Origin: a plasmid
Length of the DNA: 64,000 nt
Reading direction: 5' to 3' (one strand)
Sequence record: NZ_MK262712.1
Under the pieces are notes generated by a model, which was not told the origin of the DNA, did not search any database, and saw only the letters and a list, made by a program, of their open reading frames with translations. Position 1 is the first letter of the stretch. Each line of letters starts with the position of its first letter. A program made the position numbers and the translations under genes. This document shows, in pieces, positions 20,757-30,611 of the stretch.

Positions 20757-21712
20757 TGAAAAAACAACCCAACCCATGGGAACTCGGTGCCACGCTGTAT
20801 ATGCCTGCCACACGCAAGGATATCGCTGAGGTCGTTCTGGAAGGGAAAATACCGGGGCTACGCTCTCTGGTTGTCTGCCTGGAAGATGCGGTCAGCGAGC
20901 ATGACATCCCTTTTGCGATTCAGAATCTTTCACTGTTTTTGAAGCAATTGAGACACGCAAGAGCCGTCAACGATGATGAGAAGTACCCACTGGTATTTAT
21001 CCGTCCACGCCACCCTGATATGGGGAGATGGCTAACGGCTAATTTGGACCTGAGTGCAGTTGATGGTTTTGTACTGCCCAAATTCACCCGTTCCACACTC
21101 CCGGTTTGGTGGGACATCATGGCCGGAACATCATTGATGATGATGCCAACGCTTGAAACCGAAGAAGTCTATGATGTTATTAAAATGCAGGCGCTGGCAA
21201 ATGAACTTTCGGGTCATGACTGCCGTGACCGCATAATCGCTTTGCGGATCGGCGGAAACGATCTCATGAACGTCGTGTCTCTGCGACGGCCACGGGATCT
21301 GACCCTTTATGACACTCCTATGGGTTATGTCATAAAAATGCTTGTGTCAGTATTCGCTCCTCGTGATTTTGCGCTTACCGCACCAGTATGCGAACACATC
21401 GACGATCACGGCGTTCTGGGACGAGAACTCTCTATGGATATCGCCCATGGGCTGGTGGGTAAAACGGCCATTCATCCTGATCAGATTAGTGTGATAGAGG
21501 AGGCGCTTAAAGTGTCTCCTGGTGAGCATTCAGATGCGTTACGAATTCTGAATTCCACCCAGGCAGTCTTCAAATCTCAGGGAGCGATGTGTGAACCGGC
21601 CACCCATCGCCGGTGGGCTCAGGGGATCCTGGGACGGGGACAGGTATACGGTCTGACTACGGGGCAAAATCCGGAAGGAATCAGGCTTATTCCAGTTTCT
21701 AAGCAGCACTGA
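20756..21712 (+). CDS. HpcH/HpaI aldolase / citrate-lyase beta-like TIM-barrel protein (ter-linked)
   Basis: 318 aa. Position and size match the TIM-barrel member of the ter-linked biosynthetic module. ATGA overlap with the previous gene. Confidence 0.55.
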   Translation: MKKQPNPWELGATLYMPATRKDIAEVVLEGKIPGLRSLVVCLEDAVSEHDIPFAIQNLSLFLKQLRHARAVNDDEKYPLVFIRPRHPDMGRWLTANLDLSAVDGFVLPKFTRSTLPVWWDIMAGTSLMMMPTLETEEVYDVIKMQALANELSGHDCRDRIIALRIGGNDLMNVVSLRRPRDLTLYDTPMGYVIKMLVSVFAPRDFALTAPVCEHIDDHGVLGRELSMDIAHGLVGKTAIHPDQISVIEEALKVSPGEHSDALRILNSTQAVFKSQGAMCEPATHRRWAQGILGRGQVYGLTTGQNPEGIRLIPVSKQH

Positions 21713-21722
21713 GGAAGCATAT

Positions 21723-22945
21723 ATGGGATTCAGATTTCGTAAATCGATCAGCATTATCCCGGGGGTCAGGGTTAACCTGAGTAACGGGGCCCCAGTCTGA
21801 GTATTGGCCCCCGTGGAGCTTCGCTGTCAGTGGGAAAGAATGGAACGTTTGCCAACCTGGGCCTTCCCGGAACGGGACTGAGTTACCGCACCCGGATTGA
21901 CAGAACAGCACGGGAAAGAGTGAATACCAGGCATCAGGCAGATCCCGGTCTGAGGTCTGAACTGGAGCTGGTGGTGGAAAAACTGATGTCCACCGTAACA
22001 GCGATAACCAATATCCATGAACTCTCCCCTTCCCCAAAGGGAGGGAATACCTGGGCCACGCTCGAGACACAGTACCTGGCGCTCCGTCAGGGCAGTTTCA
22101 CTCTTCCTGCGCCGGTACGACCAAACAAACCTGAATATATACCTCTTCCACCAGAACCTGATGAGCATGCCGGTCGCGGTTTCCTTGGGGGATGGCTTGA
22201 ATCTGATGCAGCCCGACAGGAGCGACAGAACGAAAATCTTCGGCGGTGGCAGACGTCCGTCGCTGATATTGAACGTGAAAATGCGTTGCTGAAACAGCGT
22301 TATGAGAAACAGCGTATAGCGTGGGCTGAGCAGTACGCAGAATGGCAGCATCAGTACCAGGAGCATGAAAAAAATCGCACGGAGTCTGTAGCTTTAGCGA
22401 AAGAGCAATTCCGATCTGACGCCCGCTTCTTTGAACATTGTCTTGAGGAAGTTTTCTCGCAAACAGAATGGCCGCGAGAAACACTGGTGTCGTTTGAGGT
22501 ACGGCCTGAAGAATCAACAGTCTGGCTTGATGTTGATTTACCTGAGATTGAGGATATGCCTGATAAAGTGTATAGCGTGAATGCCCGGGGAACTGATATC
22601 AATGAAAAAGCCATGACACAGAAAGCGGTCCGGGAAAGTTACGCTAAACACGTTCACGGATGCCTGCTGAGATTAGCAGCAATCGTTTTTCAGACGCTTC
22701 CGTTTGAACAGGCCGTCATTTCAGGCTTCACTCAGCGGGTGAGTAAACGCACTGGATATCTTGAAGATGAGTACATTATCTCCTGGCGGGTACGCCGCTC
22801 TGAAATCGAGCTAATCAACTTCGGGAATCTGCGAGGCGTTGACCCTATTGAAGCATTGGGTGATCGAGGTCTGATCAGGAAAATGAGTTCAACTTACATT
22901 TTTCAGCCTATAGAACCACTGACCCAGATGGCAGGTACCGACTGA
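21723..22945 (+). pseudogene. DUF4236-like protein gene interrupted by a -1 frameshift near 21793
   Basis: MGFRFRKSISIIPGVRVNLSNGAP stops at TGA 21798. The +1 frame continues with SLSIGPRGASLSVGKNGTF..., which is the rest of the DUF4236 N-terminal signature. A single missing base in CCA(A)GTCTG would restore the frame. Confidence 0.5.
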
Positions 22946-22947
22946 AT

Positions 22948-23406
22948 ATGCAATTAAACACCAGACAGGAAAGAGTTTACACCCTGGCTAACATACTTGG
23001 CTCAGGGAAGCCTGTATCGGCGCAATCCATCACCGCGACGCTGGCCTGTTCTGAGCCGACACTAAGCCGGGCGCTTAAAGAGCTGAGGGAAACTTACGCT
23101 GCTGAAATTAAATACAGTAAGGCTGGCCACTCCTATCAGATGGTACACTCCGGGTTACTGGATAAGAAAACACTAAAGAGAATGAGTGAGGCACTGGACC
23201 TTAATTCTGATTTAAAAACACATGACCAGGGGGCACGGGTGGTACTGGATAAGGATATAAAAACTTCCGTTTCCCTGTCGATAAGACGCCGTGTTCTTCG
23301 CAAAATTGACAAACTGGCTGCGCTAAGCGGTACATCAAGAAGCGAGGCAGTAGAAAAATTAGTAGAGTTAAAAATTGATGAAATTATCAATGAAATGAAG
23401 AAATAG
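22948..23406 (+). CDS. terW: TerW-like DNA-binding regulator (wHTH + RHH-like C-terminus)
   Basis: 152 aa. N-terminal winged-helix-like segment and a C-terminal ribbon-helix-helix-like segment (SVSLSIRRRVLRKIDKLAA). Size and position between the ter-linked module and terY/terX fit TerW. Confidence 0.5.
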   Translation: MQLNTRQERVYTLANILGSGKPVSAQSITATLACSEPTLSRALKELRETYAAEIKYSKAGHSYQMVHSGLLDKKTLKRMSEALDLNSDLKTHDQGARVVLDKDIKTSVSLSIRRRVLRKIDKLAALSGTSRSEAVEKLVELKIDEIINEMKK

Positions 23407-23884
23407 CAGAATATTAGTGGGGTGGTTGTTCTCACTCCACTAATCGGCAATCTTTACCATTTTCCCAACATGTGTTTATTGTATAACTACAGATAAAAAG
23501 CAAATTAATAAAATAAAGATTCTTAATTCATAAATAATCCCTGTGTTTTATTTTATTAGTTTTCTTTTAACTGACCATCGTCGCCGTATTATTAAATGCA
23601 AAAACGTTAAACCATATTTTATATAGATTATGACCTGTCCAGTTTCCCGGCGACGGGTTATCAATATGGCGAATGCCTACTAATAATGGCGGGGATCGTA
23701 TTGTTGAAATATTGAAAATTTGTAATGTTGCTCAACCAACTCGCGCGTTTGAAACAACGTGAAAATCTCACTTTGTGATTGCTGAACTAACTATATGGCT
23801 TTTTTTTAGTAGTATGATATGAAGTGTTTATAAAACCATGTTCAGGAAATGAGCTCCCCCATCAACCATTAAGGAAAGTTTAAG

Positions 23885-24522
23885 ATGAGAAGACTTCCCG
23901 TCTATCTGCTTCTCGATACATCAGGTTCAATGCACGGAGAGCCTATAGAGGCAGTTAAAAATGGTGTCCAGACACTACTGACCACCCTGAAGCAGGATCC
24001 TTATGCACTGGAAACTGCATATGTCTCTGTCATTACTTTCGACTCTACTGCTCGTCAGGCCGTACCTCTTACAGATCTCCTCAGTTTCAATCTCCCCTCT
24101 TTTTCGGCAAGCGGAACTACCGCACTGGGCGAAGCCTTATCCCTGACTGCAAACCGAATTGATGCAGAAGTTCAGAAAACGACAGCGGAGACAAAAGGCG
24201 ACTGGCGTCCACTCGTTTTCCTGATGACGGATGGTGGCCCTACGGATGACTGGCGTAAAGGACTTAATGAATTCAAAGCAGCCAAAAAAGGGTAGTTGTC
24301 GCATGTGCTGCCGGGCATGATGCAGATACGGATGTGCTTAAGGAGATCACCGAGATTGTTCTCCAGCTGGACACTGCCGACAGCTCTTCCATCAAAGCTT
24401 TTTTCAAATGGGTGTCTGCCAGTGTTTCCGTAGGTAGCCAGAAAGTCGATGCCGGTAAAAAAGAAGTTATCGGTCTTGATGATTTGCCTCCACCGCCGCC
24501 AGAAGTAAACGTGGTTTTATAA
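23885..24522 (+). pseudogene. terY: terY-like vWA gene (copy 1) with frameshift in an A6G3 tract
   Basis: N-terminal 136 aa vWA (MRRLPVYLLLDTSGSM) ends at TAG 24293. The +1 frame continues into ...FFKWVSASVSVG...LPPPPPEVNVVL, colinear with the intact paralog at 25189..25827. One extra G after A6 G3 (24284-24292) would restore the frame. Confidence 0.6.
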
Positions 24523-24546
24523 GCAATTAACTTAAGAGAGGATCCT

Positions 24547-25188
24547 ATGACTGTCAGCTTACGGAAAGGGCAAGGCGTCAGCCTGCGTAAAAATGAGTTC
24601 GATCTTTCCTCAGTCACGATAGGTCTTGGCTGGGACATCAATGAAGAGAAAAAAGGGTTCCTGGGCGGAATTTTTGGCAAAAAAGAGGAGGAGTATGACC
24701 TCGATGTTATTGCCTTTCTCTGCAACGCAGCCGGTAAAGTGACTGATCTTGGCAATGTTGAAAATGGTAAGCCGACACTGGTTAACGGCGATATCGTCTT
24801 CTTCAACAGTCTTCGCCATAAATCAGGGCAGATCTGGTTGACCGGCGATAACCGGACAGGTGCCGGTGACGGAGACGATGAGCAAATTATCGTAAAACTA
24901 AACAGCATCGATCCGAAGTACGAAAAAATTGTCTTTATTGTTCAGATCTACAACGGCGAAAAATTACAGCAGCACTTTGGAAAAGTGCAAAATGCATTTA
25001 TCCGGGCGGTAGACGGAAAAAATGTGGAAATGGCACGCTTTGACCTCTCCGGCGGTGTAGCCTTTAATGGTCAGCGATCGATGGTCTTTGCTGAGCTTGT
25101 CCGGGAATCCAGTGGCTGGAAACTGAATGCGATAGGCGAGCCTTCCACCTCCGATTCGTTCGTAAGCCATCTGAGGAACTATATCTAA
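24547..25188 (+). CDS. terX: TerX (TerD-family protein)
   Basis: 213 aa with TerD-family signatures (GDNRTGAGDGDDEQ; GWKLNAIGE). Confidence 0.75.
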   Translation: MTVSLRKGQGVSLRKNEFDLSSVTIGLGWDINEEKKGFLGGIFGKKEEEYDLDVIAFLCNAAGKVTDLGNVENGKPTLVNGDIVFFNSLRHKSGQIWLTGDNRTGAGDGDDEQIIVKLNSIDPKYEKIVFIVQIYNGEKLQQHFGKVQNAFIRAVDGKNVEMARFDLSGGVAFNGQRSMVFAELVRESSGWKLNAIGEPSTSDSFVSHLRNYI

Positions 25189-25827
25189 ATGCGAAGACTA
25201 CCCGTATATCTGCTCATCGATACTTCCGGCTCAATGAGAGGAGAATCGATACATTCAGTGAATGTGGGTGTGCAGGCTATGCTGAGCGCCCTGAGACAGG
25301 ACCCTTATGCGCTTGAAAGCGTCCATATCTCAATAATTACATACGATAATGAAGCCCGGGAGTATGTTCCCCTCACTGCCCTGGCTGACTTTCAGTTTTC
25401 TGATATAGAAGTACCAAGTGCGGGCGGCACCTTTACCGGCGCGGCGCTTGAATGTCTGATCCAGTGTGTCGACCGGGATATTCGCCGCTCTGATGGTGAA
25501 CAGAAAGGCGACTGGAGACCGCTGGTGTTTCTGATGACAGATGGTACTCCGTCAGATGCCTGGGCTTATGGGGAAGCTGTTAAAGAGGTTCAGCGGCGTT
25601 CGTTTGGTTCCATTATAGCCTGTGCTGTTGGCCCTAAAGCGGGACACGAACATCTGAAACTACTTACTGACAAAGTTGTGGCTCTTGAAACACTGGATTC
25701 GACCGCATTTTCAGGCTTTTTCAAATGGGTCAGTGCCAGCGTGGCTTCAGGAAGCTCCAGTGCCGGAGTCACTACTGATTCGGACACACTTCCACCGCCA
25801 CCGCCAGAAATCCAGCTTGTTCTGTAA
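25189..25827 (+). CDS. terY: TerY (vWA domain protein)
   Basis: 212 aa. MIDAS motif LIDTSGSM. C-terminal FFKWVSASV...PPPPPE tail. ATG overlaps the terX stop. Confidence 0.75.
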   Translation: MRRLPVYLLIDTSGSMRGESIHSVNVGVQAMLSALRQDPYALESVHISIITYDNEAREYVPLTALADFQFSDIEVPSAGGTFTGAALECLIQCVDRDIRRSDGEQKGDWRPLVFLMTDGTPSDAWAYGEAVKEVQRRSFGSIIACAVGPKAGHEHLKLLTDKVVALETLDSTAFSGFFKWVSASVASGSSSAGVTTDSDTLPPPPPEIQLVL

Positions 25828-25904
25828 CTTACGCCGGTATGGCAGGGAATAACCCTGCCTTATACCGATAAAGTCCATCTCTGCTATGGACGTCACATTT
25901 TGCT

Positions 25905-26960
25905 ATGAGGGAGTTTCCTGTGAGACGACTTCCCGTTTTTTTTGTTCTGGACTGTTCTGAGTCCATGATTGGTGAAAACCTGAAAAGGATGAATGATGGC
26001 TTGCAGAAGATTGTGAGCGATCTGCGTAAGGACCCTCATGCTCTGGAGACTGTCTGGGTGTCAGTAATTGCCTTTGCCGGTATTGCCAGAACGATTGTCC
26101 CGTTACATGACATTGTGTCTTTTTATCCCCCTCGCCTTCCTGTCGGTGGAGGAACTAACCTCGCGACTGCCTTACGGGAACTGACAACACAAATAGATTC
26201 TCAGGTCCGAAAAACGACGCTGGAAGAAAAAGGTGACTGGAAGCCAGTTGTCTACTTACTTACTGACGGCCGACCGACAGATGACATTTCAGCTGAGGTT
26301 AAGCGCTGGAACGAATTTTACGCAAAAAAAGTGAATATGATTGCTGTGGGGATCGGACCATCAGTTGATCTCAGTGTACTCAGGCAACTGACTGAAAACG
26401 TCTTATCGTTTACCGAAAATCAGGAAGGCGATTTTTCGCGGTTTATCCAGTGGATCACAGCTTCAGTCACAGCTCACAGTCGTAGTGTTGGCGAGGATTC
26501 TCAGCCGCCCCTGAAACAAACTGACTATATCGTCAAACTTGCCAAAGATGACACAGCCCGTGCATACGACGAAAACTGTGTGGTATTAACCGGGCGTTGC
26601 AGTAAAACCCGTCGACCCTATCTGATTAAGTATGAGCGTCCGCCAGCCAGGGTATCGGGCCTCGCTTTCGATCTAAACCTTAACAGCTTTAACATTGCTG
26701 GTTGTTATCCTGTGGATGAAGATTACTTCTCATGGACGGATATGTCCGTAGCCGGGGCGCAGATAAACACCAGTGAACTCCATGGCGTACCAGGGTGCCC
26801 ACACTGCGGAAACAGTAGTGCTTTTGCGATGTGTACCTGCGGAAAACTTCTCTGTATTGATGGGCCTGATGATGTGAACTGCCCATGGTGTGGGAAAGGT
26901 TTGTCCTTTCAGAGCGAGGGTGGAAATTCAGATTTTAACGTTAGCAGAGGACGCGGCTAA
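25905..26960 (+). CDS. vWA domain protein with C-terminal zinc-ribbon (TerY-P triad member)
   Basis: vWA (VLDCSESM) plus a C-terminal CPHCG...CTCG...CPWCG zinc ribbon. Immediately upstream of the phosphatase and kinase genes. Confidence 0.7.
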   Translation: MREFPVRRLPVFFVLDCSESMIGENLKRMNDGLQKIVSDLRKDPHALETVWVSVIAFAGIARTIVPLHDIVSFYPPRLPVGGGTNLATALRELTTQIDSQVRKTTLEEKGDWKPVVYLLTDGRPTDDISAEVKRWNEFYAKKVNMIAVGIGPSVDLSVLRQLTENVLSFTENQEGDFSRFIQWITASVTAHSRSVGEDSQPPLKQTDYIVKLAKDDTARAYDENCVVLTGRCSKTRRPYLIKYERPPARVSGLAFDLNLNSFNIAGCYPVDEDYFSWTDMSVAGAQINTSELHGVPGCPHCGNSSAFAMCTCGKLLCIDGPDDVNCPWCGKGLSFQSEGGNSDFNVSRGRG

Positions 26961-28693
26961 TGAGCGAGTTCATTACACCTGAACATAAAATTATTGCTCT
27001 CATTCTGGAGGCATCAGGGGAACCGACTGATGCTGATAAAGTATTCTGTCTTGGTAACATACCTGATGTTGCCCTTGCTGTGCGGCAGCTGAGAGAAATG
27101 GTCATTCAACACTCTGCAAGCGAAGCCATACCGGCGGAGAACACTCAAACAGTTTCAGAATGTCTTACCCAGCCCTTTTCTGACAAAATCCTCCCACCTC
27201 AAAACTCGGGTGAAAGCGAAGCTGATCGACCTGAGATTGAACCCGTCCATGCCGCTACTGCACTTCAGGGAAATGATAAGCAGGAAGCGCATAGTGAAAT
27301 GGTGGATGATACAGCGTCAGAAGGCGTTCAGGGACACACTGAAGAAGTTCCTGATGCAACCGGGGTCTTACAGACCGAGGCTTCCGTCACGGCGCAACCA
27401 GAAGACATGGATAAAACCAGTCCGGTTGTTTCTGACAACCTTTCAGCTGACACCGCAGTCAGTGCTTTACGGCCCGGGGAAGTACCTCAGAGAGTGGAGA
27501 ATAAAACATCCCCTGCCCCCGGAAAAGTGCCGGAGGTGTTTATCATGCTGCCAAATGCACGGGCAGGTGAACCCTACGATGTTCGACTGGAAATAGCGAC
27601 CGATACAGGTGTTGAGGCAGAGATCACGGAGGTTAACTTCTCTCAGGACATAGGGCTGATATTTGATATCAATGAGCGACGCCTCCAGGGGACGCCAGGG
27701 CACAGCGGAGACTTTGAACTGACTGTGAAATGGTCATGCAGCTCACATCGTGATAATGAAAAAAAGTTACTTTTTGTCGTGAACCCTGATCCGAAAAGTC
27801 TCTGGAAAGTGATTGACCCGCCTTCTGATGCACCATTCTACAAGAAGAGTATCGACCACCAGAGTGTCTGTCGGTCAGGTATTCATATTGCCGGAGCAAG
27901 CCGTCGTGGACGCTCCCATGAACATGTAGGCTCTTTTCGTGACGACGATTATTACCTCAACTTCAGTGATGTATCCGGATGGAGTGTATTACTGGTAGCT
28001 GATGGCGCGGGGAGCGCTAAATATTCCCGGGAAGGCTCCCGTATCGTTTCTGAAACTGTTGGTAACTATCTCTTCAACCAGTTCAAGACTGAAAAAGGTC
28101 TTGAGATCAAAAACAGGGTCCTTCGCTGGAACAGTGAGGATCAGCGAGCAGTATGGGAGTTTATGAACCACCACTTCCGACAGGCAGCGGTACTGGCCGT
28201 AAACAATATCAGCAGTGCCGCAATTTTGGCTGAAGATAAAGTAAAGTCATTCTCAACGACTTTACTCGCGACCGTCACTTTTCGCGACGGTGCTGATCTT
28301 TTTGCCGCGTCTTTCTGGTTAGGTGACGGTGCGATAGCTGCATATGGACCTGCTGGCAAAGTCAGAGTGCTTGGGACTCCGGATAGCGGAGAGTATGCAG
28401 GTCAGACGCGTTTTCTGGATGCCGATGCCGTCAGTGATGCCGGATTCAGTAAACGTATCAGTATCGGTAAGTGGAACGACATATCGCATCTGGTTCTGAT
28501 GACGGATGGTGTTTCCGATCCCTGGTTTGAAACGGATAACGGGCTTCAGAATCCACAAAAATGGGACAGGCTGATGGCCGAGCTCTCTCCCCTACTCACA
28601 GACCCTGAACATGCCTCGGCACAACTGGTGGAGTGGCTTAACTTTTTCTCTCCGGGAAATCACGATGATCGCACAATCATTGTGCTCTGGTGA
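26960..28693 (+). CDS. PP2C-family Ser/Thr protein phosphatase (TerY-P triad)
   Basis: C-terminal PP2C-like core (LLVADGAGSAKYSREGS...LMTDGVSD). The N-terminal 200 aa is low-complexity and acidic. Confidence 0.65.
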   Translation: MSEFITPEHKIIALILEASGEPTDADKVFCLGNIPDVALAVRQLREMVIQHSASEAIPAENTQTVSECLTQPFSDKILPPQNSGESEADRPEIEPVHAATALQGNDKQEAHSEMVDDTASEGVQGHTEEVPDATGVLQTEASVTAQPEDMDKTSPVVSDNLSADTAVSALRPGEVPQRVENKTSPAPGKVPEVFIMLPNARAGEPYDVRLEIATDTGVEAEITEVNFSQDIGLIFDINERRLQGTPGHSGDFELTVKWSCSSHRDNEKKLLFVVNPDPKSLWKVIDPPSDAPFYKKSIDHQSVCRSGIHIAGASRRGRSHEHVGSFRDDDYYLNFSDVSGWSVLLVADGAGSAKYSREGSRIVSETVGNYLFNQFKTEKGLEIKNRVLRWNSEDQRAVWEFMNHHFRQAAVLAVNNISSAAILAEDKVKSFSTTLLATVTFRDGADLFAASFWLGDGAIAAYGPAGKVRVLGTPDSGEYAGQTRFLDADAVSDAGFSKRISIGKWNDISHLVLMTDGVSDPWFETDNGLQNPQKWDRLMAELSPLLTDPEHASAQLVEWLNFFSPGNHDDRTIIVLW

Positions 28694-28720
28694 AATTAAT
28701 GCGATAGCAGGTGGCTATTC

Positions 28721-30220
28721 ATGGCAAATATAATTACATGCAAAACTAAGGATGGAAAAACCATTCAGTATGTCGATGAAGTCATCGGCTCTGGCTCAAT
28801 GAAAGACGTTTATTTTTCTCCGGATAAATCATATGTCGTAGCCTTCTACCATAAACCTCAGAATGAACAGGCCCGGGAACGAATCAACATGATCACCGGG
28901 AGGTACCGGCAGAATATTTTTGAGCAGACGGGTGGAGATTACTGGAAAGGTCTCTTCTGCTGGCCCACAGATGTGGTTGAGCACGCTGATAAGGTGGGTA
29001 TTGTTGTACCTGCTTACCAGCAGCATTTCTTCTTCCGGTATGGTTCCAAAAACAATGATTTCCTCGGGATCAAAGGACGAGAAAAGGAAGGGAAATGGTT
29101 TGCCAGTGCGAACAATCAGAATAAATTTCTGGATCCGCGTGAACGTGGCAATACGCTTAACTATCTGAAGGTCTGCATCCTTCTAACGCGTGCAGTCAGA
29201 CGAATGCATGCTGCGGGCCTGTGTCATAGTGACCTGAGTTATAAAAATGTGCTGATAGATCCGGAACTAGGCCACGCATGCATTATTGATGTTGATGGGC
29301 TGGTGGTTCCGGGAAAATATCCTCCAGACGTGGTTGGTACACCTGATTTTATTGCCCCGGAAGTGGTGAAGACAAGCCATCTATCCAAAGACGATCCCCG
29401 CCGCGTATTGCCGAGTATCGCTACTGACCGGCATGCACTTTCGGTACTCATTTACATGTATCTTCTTTTCCGGCACCCGTTACGGGGAGGGAAAATTCAC
29501 GATACCGATGATGAAGTCAGGGATGAGGCGCTTTCCATGGGAGAGCGGGCACTTTTTATCGAACACCCGACTGACAGAAGCAACGCAGTTAAGGTTAATC
29601 AGGTCTCATCGTTTTCGCTCCCGTGGGCAGATCCTGAGAAAATCCCGTACACCATTATGGGGCCCTACCTGAAACCTCTCTTCGACCGGGCTTTTATTGA
29701 CGGGTTGCATGATCCGTCGAAGCGCCCTACAGCCGATGAATGGGAGAGCGCCCTGGTAAAAACCGTCGATCTCATCCAGCCATGCCAGAACAAGGATTGT
29801 GACCAGAAATGGTACGTTTTCAATGGCAAGACGAAACCCGTTTGTCCCTACTGCGGTACACCCTACAAAGGCAAACTCCCCATCCTGAATCTGTATTCGT
29901 CGAGAAAGGCTGGAACTTTCAGGCCAGATGATCACCGGCTTATGGTGTGGAGCGGTCAGTCATTATATGCATGGCACGTCAACCGACTGATTGCTCCTAA
30001 CGAACGAACCACCGATGAGCAGAAGAAAAGGGTTGGTTATTTCGTCTTCCATAATGACCAGTGGTGGCTGGTTAACGAGGGGCTTAGCGGGCTCATATCA
30101 CTTCCCGATCGGAAAACGGTCGGCATTGGTGAAAAGTTGCTGCTGGAGGATAACACCCAGTTCATCCTGTCTTCAGAGGATGGTGGGCGATTGGTGGTGG
30201 TTCAGCTTTTGAATAATTAG
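28721..30220 (+). CDS. Ser/Thr protein kinase (TerY-P triad)
   Basis: Catalytic loop HSDLSYKNVL and DVDG (DFG-like). N-terminal Gly-rich loop region. Confidence 0.7.
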   Translation: MANIITCKTKDGKTIQYVDEVIGSGSMKDVYFSPDKSYVVAFYHKPQNEQARERINMITGRYRQNIFEQTGGDYWKGLFCWPTDVVEHADKVGIVVPAYQQHFFFRYGSKNNDFLGIKGREKEGKWFASANNQNKFLDPRERGNTLNYLKVCILLTRAVRRMHAAGLCHSDLSYKNVLIDPELGHACIIDVDGLVVPGKYPPDVVGTPDFIAPEVVKTSHLSKDDPRRVLPSIATDRHALSVLIYMYLLFRHPLRGGKIHDTDDEVRDEALSMGERALFIEHPTDRSNAVKVNQVSSFSLPWADPEKIPYTIMGPYLKPLFDRAFIDGLHDPSKRPTADEWESALVKTVDLIQPCQNKDCDQKWYVFNGKTKPVCPYCGTPYKGKLPILNLYSSRKAGTFRPDDHRLMVWSGQSLYAWHVNRLIAPNERTTDEQKKRVGYFVFHNDQWWLVNEGLSGLISLPDRKTVGIGEKLLLEDNTQFILSSEDGGRLVVVQLLNN

Positions 30221-30611
30221 ATATATTACTGGCCATTGATATCATAACGTCAATATGAGCCCACCATTAGGTGGGCCATAATTATCACAGTCGAAACGCA
30301 ACATTACGGGTATACTGATTTTTCAATTCAGTATTCGACATACTCAGAACACCTTTAGACATCATTGATTATATTTCCTTCAATGAAGATCTTCCTCGCT
30401 ATATTACCAACAAGATTGGTTGAAGCTCCATCAAAAGTCCCACCAATAACTCAGCCTACACGAGGGATCATTTTACCTGAGTTAATTGCACCTTTATCAC
30501 CAAACTTAGCGAGCAGTCTGCAACCTATATATAATAACTCCGTTAAATGAATATCCAGACTGTGTATTGCTTACTTTACCTCATAACTGAGCGTATAAGC
30601 AGACGGTTCCT

